From Raillietiella orientalis (Eukaryota): a stretch of DNA of 64,000 nt. Under the pieces are notes generated by a model. The model saw only the letters and a list, made by a program, of their open reading frames with translations, had not been told where the DNA came from and did no database searches. Where the stretch lies: contig JAYWIR010000004.1 in NCBI GenBank assembly GCA_036172245.1, positions 1 to 64,000 on the forward strand. The letters run 5' to 3'. This document shows, one piece after another, positions 60,801 through 64,000 of the stretch (its first letter is position 1; the number at the start of each line of letters is the position of its first letter). The translations under genes and the position numbers were made by a program.

Positions 60801-63800
60801 ACTTTGAGTGGCAAGGTGCGCTCAACTTCTGTATATTTTTACAGCAACTTCTGTGTATTATTATTGATTTCCACTTCTTTTCAAATAAGGCACCATGGCA
60901 GGCACCATGTTCTACAGGCACCATGGGATACAAGTCAAGATACAACTTTGCTTCCATTTACTATGTATTGCGGGTTTTATAATATTTCTTGGTGTGAATG
61001 AAATTCCTGTCAAGTTTGTGAAAGCAATTTCCGAACGAGTTTTTTGTTCTAGACAAAATCCGTGTTCGGAAAACAACGCGATATAATTCGTATTCCCGAT
61101 GAAATTTCAAGTTTGTTATTCAAAAAAAAAAAGGAGAGAGAAATCTGAAGATAAAAGAAGACAAGAATTGAAGTGCTTCGGATGCACGCATAAAATTTTG
61201 CAGCATCTTTAGAAGTTGCATGATTTTTAGTTGCATGGTATTAAATAAAATATATTACTGAAAATCGCAGTCTACAATGAAAATTTGTTGTTTATTCAAC
61301 AAGATTGTATTATTATCTATCATTATCTATTTTCTCTATGTGTCCCTTTATATAGTTTTGTATATTATTGCAATTCTGTCGCATCAATTTAATTCGATAG
61401 ATAATAACAGATAATAATTTTGCGAATGTAGCGCACGTTGCATTTGTTGAAGTTTCAGTATTGCCAGTGATTCGGTCTTTTATTCTCATAATCGTATGTG
61501 AAAGAATAGAATTTTAGTTTCTGGACAGTACTTTAGATGACTGAACAAGCAGTGCTGTAGATCAGTGAATCTAGATGAAATAGTAGATGTTCTTTTGGTG
61601 CAGGTTTCACCTGACGATGGTAGTTAGCCTTGTTGGCTCGTTTTTGTGCACGTCTATGTTTTCCATTCTCCATTTAATTTTTTGCCAGAGCCATATGACA
61701 TGGCTCTCTTTATGTATAAAAAAGTTTATTGATTTCAGATTCTTTTTGTTTCACAAGTACATTACTCTTCCTCAACTTGCCAACAAATGTGAGCAAAAGG
61801 GAAGTGAACAAATGCATTTTAAAAGGCAACGTCTTATCGTGTACACATTTTACATGTCTCTTCATGTAAAACGTGTGATCTTTCATGCGTCTATGTATCT
61901 TAAGGTCATTTGTGCATGAAAAGCATTGTAAATTATGATAAGCATCGTCATATTCAAGGGTTGCTGTCTAAAGTCGCCACCTTGATTAGCAAGAAAAAAC
62001 ATGAAGGTTTTCAGATGAGCAATATAAATTTGAGAGCAAATGAAATAGGACTCTGTGCAGTGAAGAGATTGCCAGTGTTTGTGCATAGGCAGAACACAGT
62101 CAAGCTGCTCAAGTCTCTCATATGGAAGCTCACAGTGCAATCTGCTTGGCTCACATGAAAAGTGAGCATTTTTTTGTCCTTTCCATTGCACTGAATAGAA
62201 AATCTGTAAATTTCGGTTATTTAGAAATCTACAACAAATTTGCTGCATACCGATATACATAAAGTTCAAAGGCCATTTTAAAATGTCGAATTATACTTTT
62301 GCATGCTCGTAAGTGAAAGCTTAAATGGAAGATGTCTTAAATTCTTATTCATATTCAGAGCAGAACAAAGGACCAAGTGAGATGAAGATCTACTGGAAGA
62401 GAAAGATGGTAAAAGCACCGGATTAGATCTCACGAATCTTCAAAACATTTTACTGTGGGATTCAATATTTGCATCGTTTTCTTTTTTTCTTTTCCGAAAG
62501 AACTTGGCATGTAAAATTCTTTCGATGTCTTCTCAGCTTCTTTGAAAGCTTTTCCTAAAGCTACATATTCCATAATCACATTCTATCTTCCTCGTCTGAC
62601 ACTTCTGTCCGTTGTCAGGGTGACTGCAGAGGATCGCTGCGTTCATTTCGCATGCAAGTGACTGAGAAAGATGCAATGGAGAATACCTTAGGAATGCTAG
62701 CAGTTTATTTGTTGCTATCGTGTTAGCATACTACTTTCAAATCGTGATTTATGCAGCCCATCATCTCAGTACTTTGCAGCAGAAGAGTCGTCAAGGAAAG
62801 AAAGAATGTTTTGGATTCAGTTTCAGTTTTCTAAAACTAATCCGAGTTTATGTCGGTTCCAATTCGAGCTTTATGTCAAGCATGAAGGGGATGCGGCACC
62901 ATTAGTGGAGTATACACGGTTAATTTCCAGCTGGTGAAAAGAACTTGGATCGAATCGGAGGATTTATAAATGGCAAAGAGAATCCTTTACGTCACCATGG
63001 CGACCCAACACGAAGAGATATAATGTTACGAGCCGCGAATGCACAGGTACATATCGAATAATTGTTCTCTATTGAACTAGAGGAATCATTCTTACGAAGA
63101 AAGATAAACATAAGAGAGTGGTCGTCATTTTGAAAAACACCACGATTCTATATTGATTACGTTTGAGTTCCGTGTCATTCAATCTTTCGGCGCCTCTTTG
63201 AATTTTTGCGTATCACACGAAAAAATAAAATCACCTTTTCGTTCCCTTAGAGATAATTAATGCCGTGTTTAAAACCATAACCTATGCTAGCTTTTTTAGA
63301 GCTGAATGCATCAAAAAAAAAAAAAAAAGAATGTAAGATGATAATCATCTTTTTATAAAATTTGTGAGAAATGTCAGAAACATGATTAATTCATTCCTTC
63401 AAAAACCAAAAAGCATCACCAGGTTCTGCCAGTTTTGTCAGCTTGAAACTATTGGAAATCACTGATGAACTTCCGTCCAAAATGGTCATCAAAGTGGTCG
63501 GAAACAGCCGGAGATTCAGAAATGGTTCAGAGAGAACGGAGACAAAGTGCTGTGCTTGTTGCCAACGCACCTGTAGAGAGGTTCTATAGAGAATTTGTTT
63601 CCATTTCCACGCTCGGAGTTGTAAGTTAACTGGCAGGACTCACTGGATTCCAAAGAGCTGCCCTTAAACTTCTGCTGTGGAAGCATCATCAGGAATACTG
63701 TGAGTTGAATGGACCCATTGTCCAGTGATTTTTTGGGGGGCTAGTTTTGGGTGTTTAGTGGAACGGATTCCTTTTGGGGCATTCCATGCATAAGAAGGAA

Positions 63801-64000
63801 ACTTCGAAGCAAGCAATTTCGTTGTAGCTGATGCTTGGTAAAACACAGCACACCATAGTATTCGTTGTTAGGTCACCATTCGTTAGGATTGTTTGGTTGA
63901 GAGTCGTCCCACCCGAAAAACAACGTTTGTTCTCATATGCTGTGTTGCCAGTACTTGTTTCAGAATGTTTCATTGAAACCTTGTTAAAGTTCTTCAATTT

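Noticed and set aside
57860..63400. Short ORFs in AT-rich DNA
   Set aside because: No motifs; consistent with chance ORFs, though small exons cannot be excluded
63400..64000. Possible host exon(s) on the minus strand
   Set aside because: Ser/Thr-rich short frames with no recognisable domain or consistent splice model

Overview
Eukaryotic genomic DNA with three zones. (1) About 1-41 kb: a GC-rich, almost gap-free nest of several diverged families of one APE-type non-LTR retrotransposon lineage (L1/Tx1-like). ORF1 has two CCHC zinc knuckles; ORF2 has endonuclease, RT and a C-terminal Cys motif. The nest includes one full-length copy (about 21781-27421) with an open ORF2 frame. The elements end in a shared AATAAA + CCCGG-N5-CCGGGT hairpin with no poly(A) tail (11 copies). 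They are inserted into one another, mostly antisense, at a small set of recurring positions, some identical to the nucleotide in diverged host copies, which suggests the families target each other. (2) About 38.4-53 kb: an archive of endogenous viral elements. It holds at least five pieces of ambisense CRESS ssDNA viruses (intron-containing Rep, Arg-rich capsid, origin stem-loops), two nearly genome length. It also holds decayed nucleoprotein genes resembling two negative-strand RNA virus groups (chuvirus-like, qinvirus-like) and further retroelement scraps, essentially all co-oriented. (3) About 53-64 kb: AT-rich host DNA with a five-exon USP30-like deubiquitinase gene on the minus strand, transcribed toward the archive. 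Its 44-49 nt introns suggest a compact, possibly nematode, genome (inference). All family assignments come from motif recognition by eye, not database searches; family letters A-F are my informal labels.
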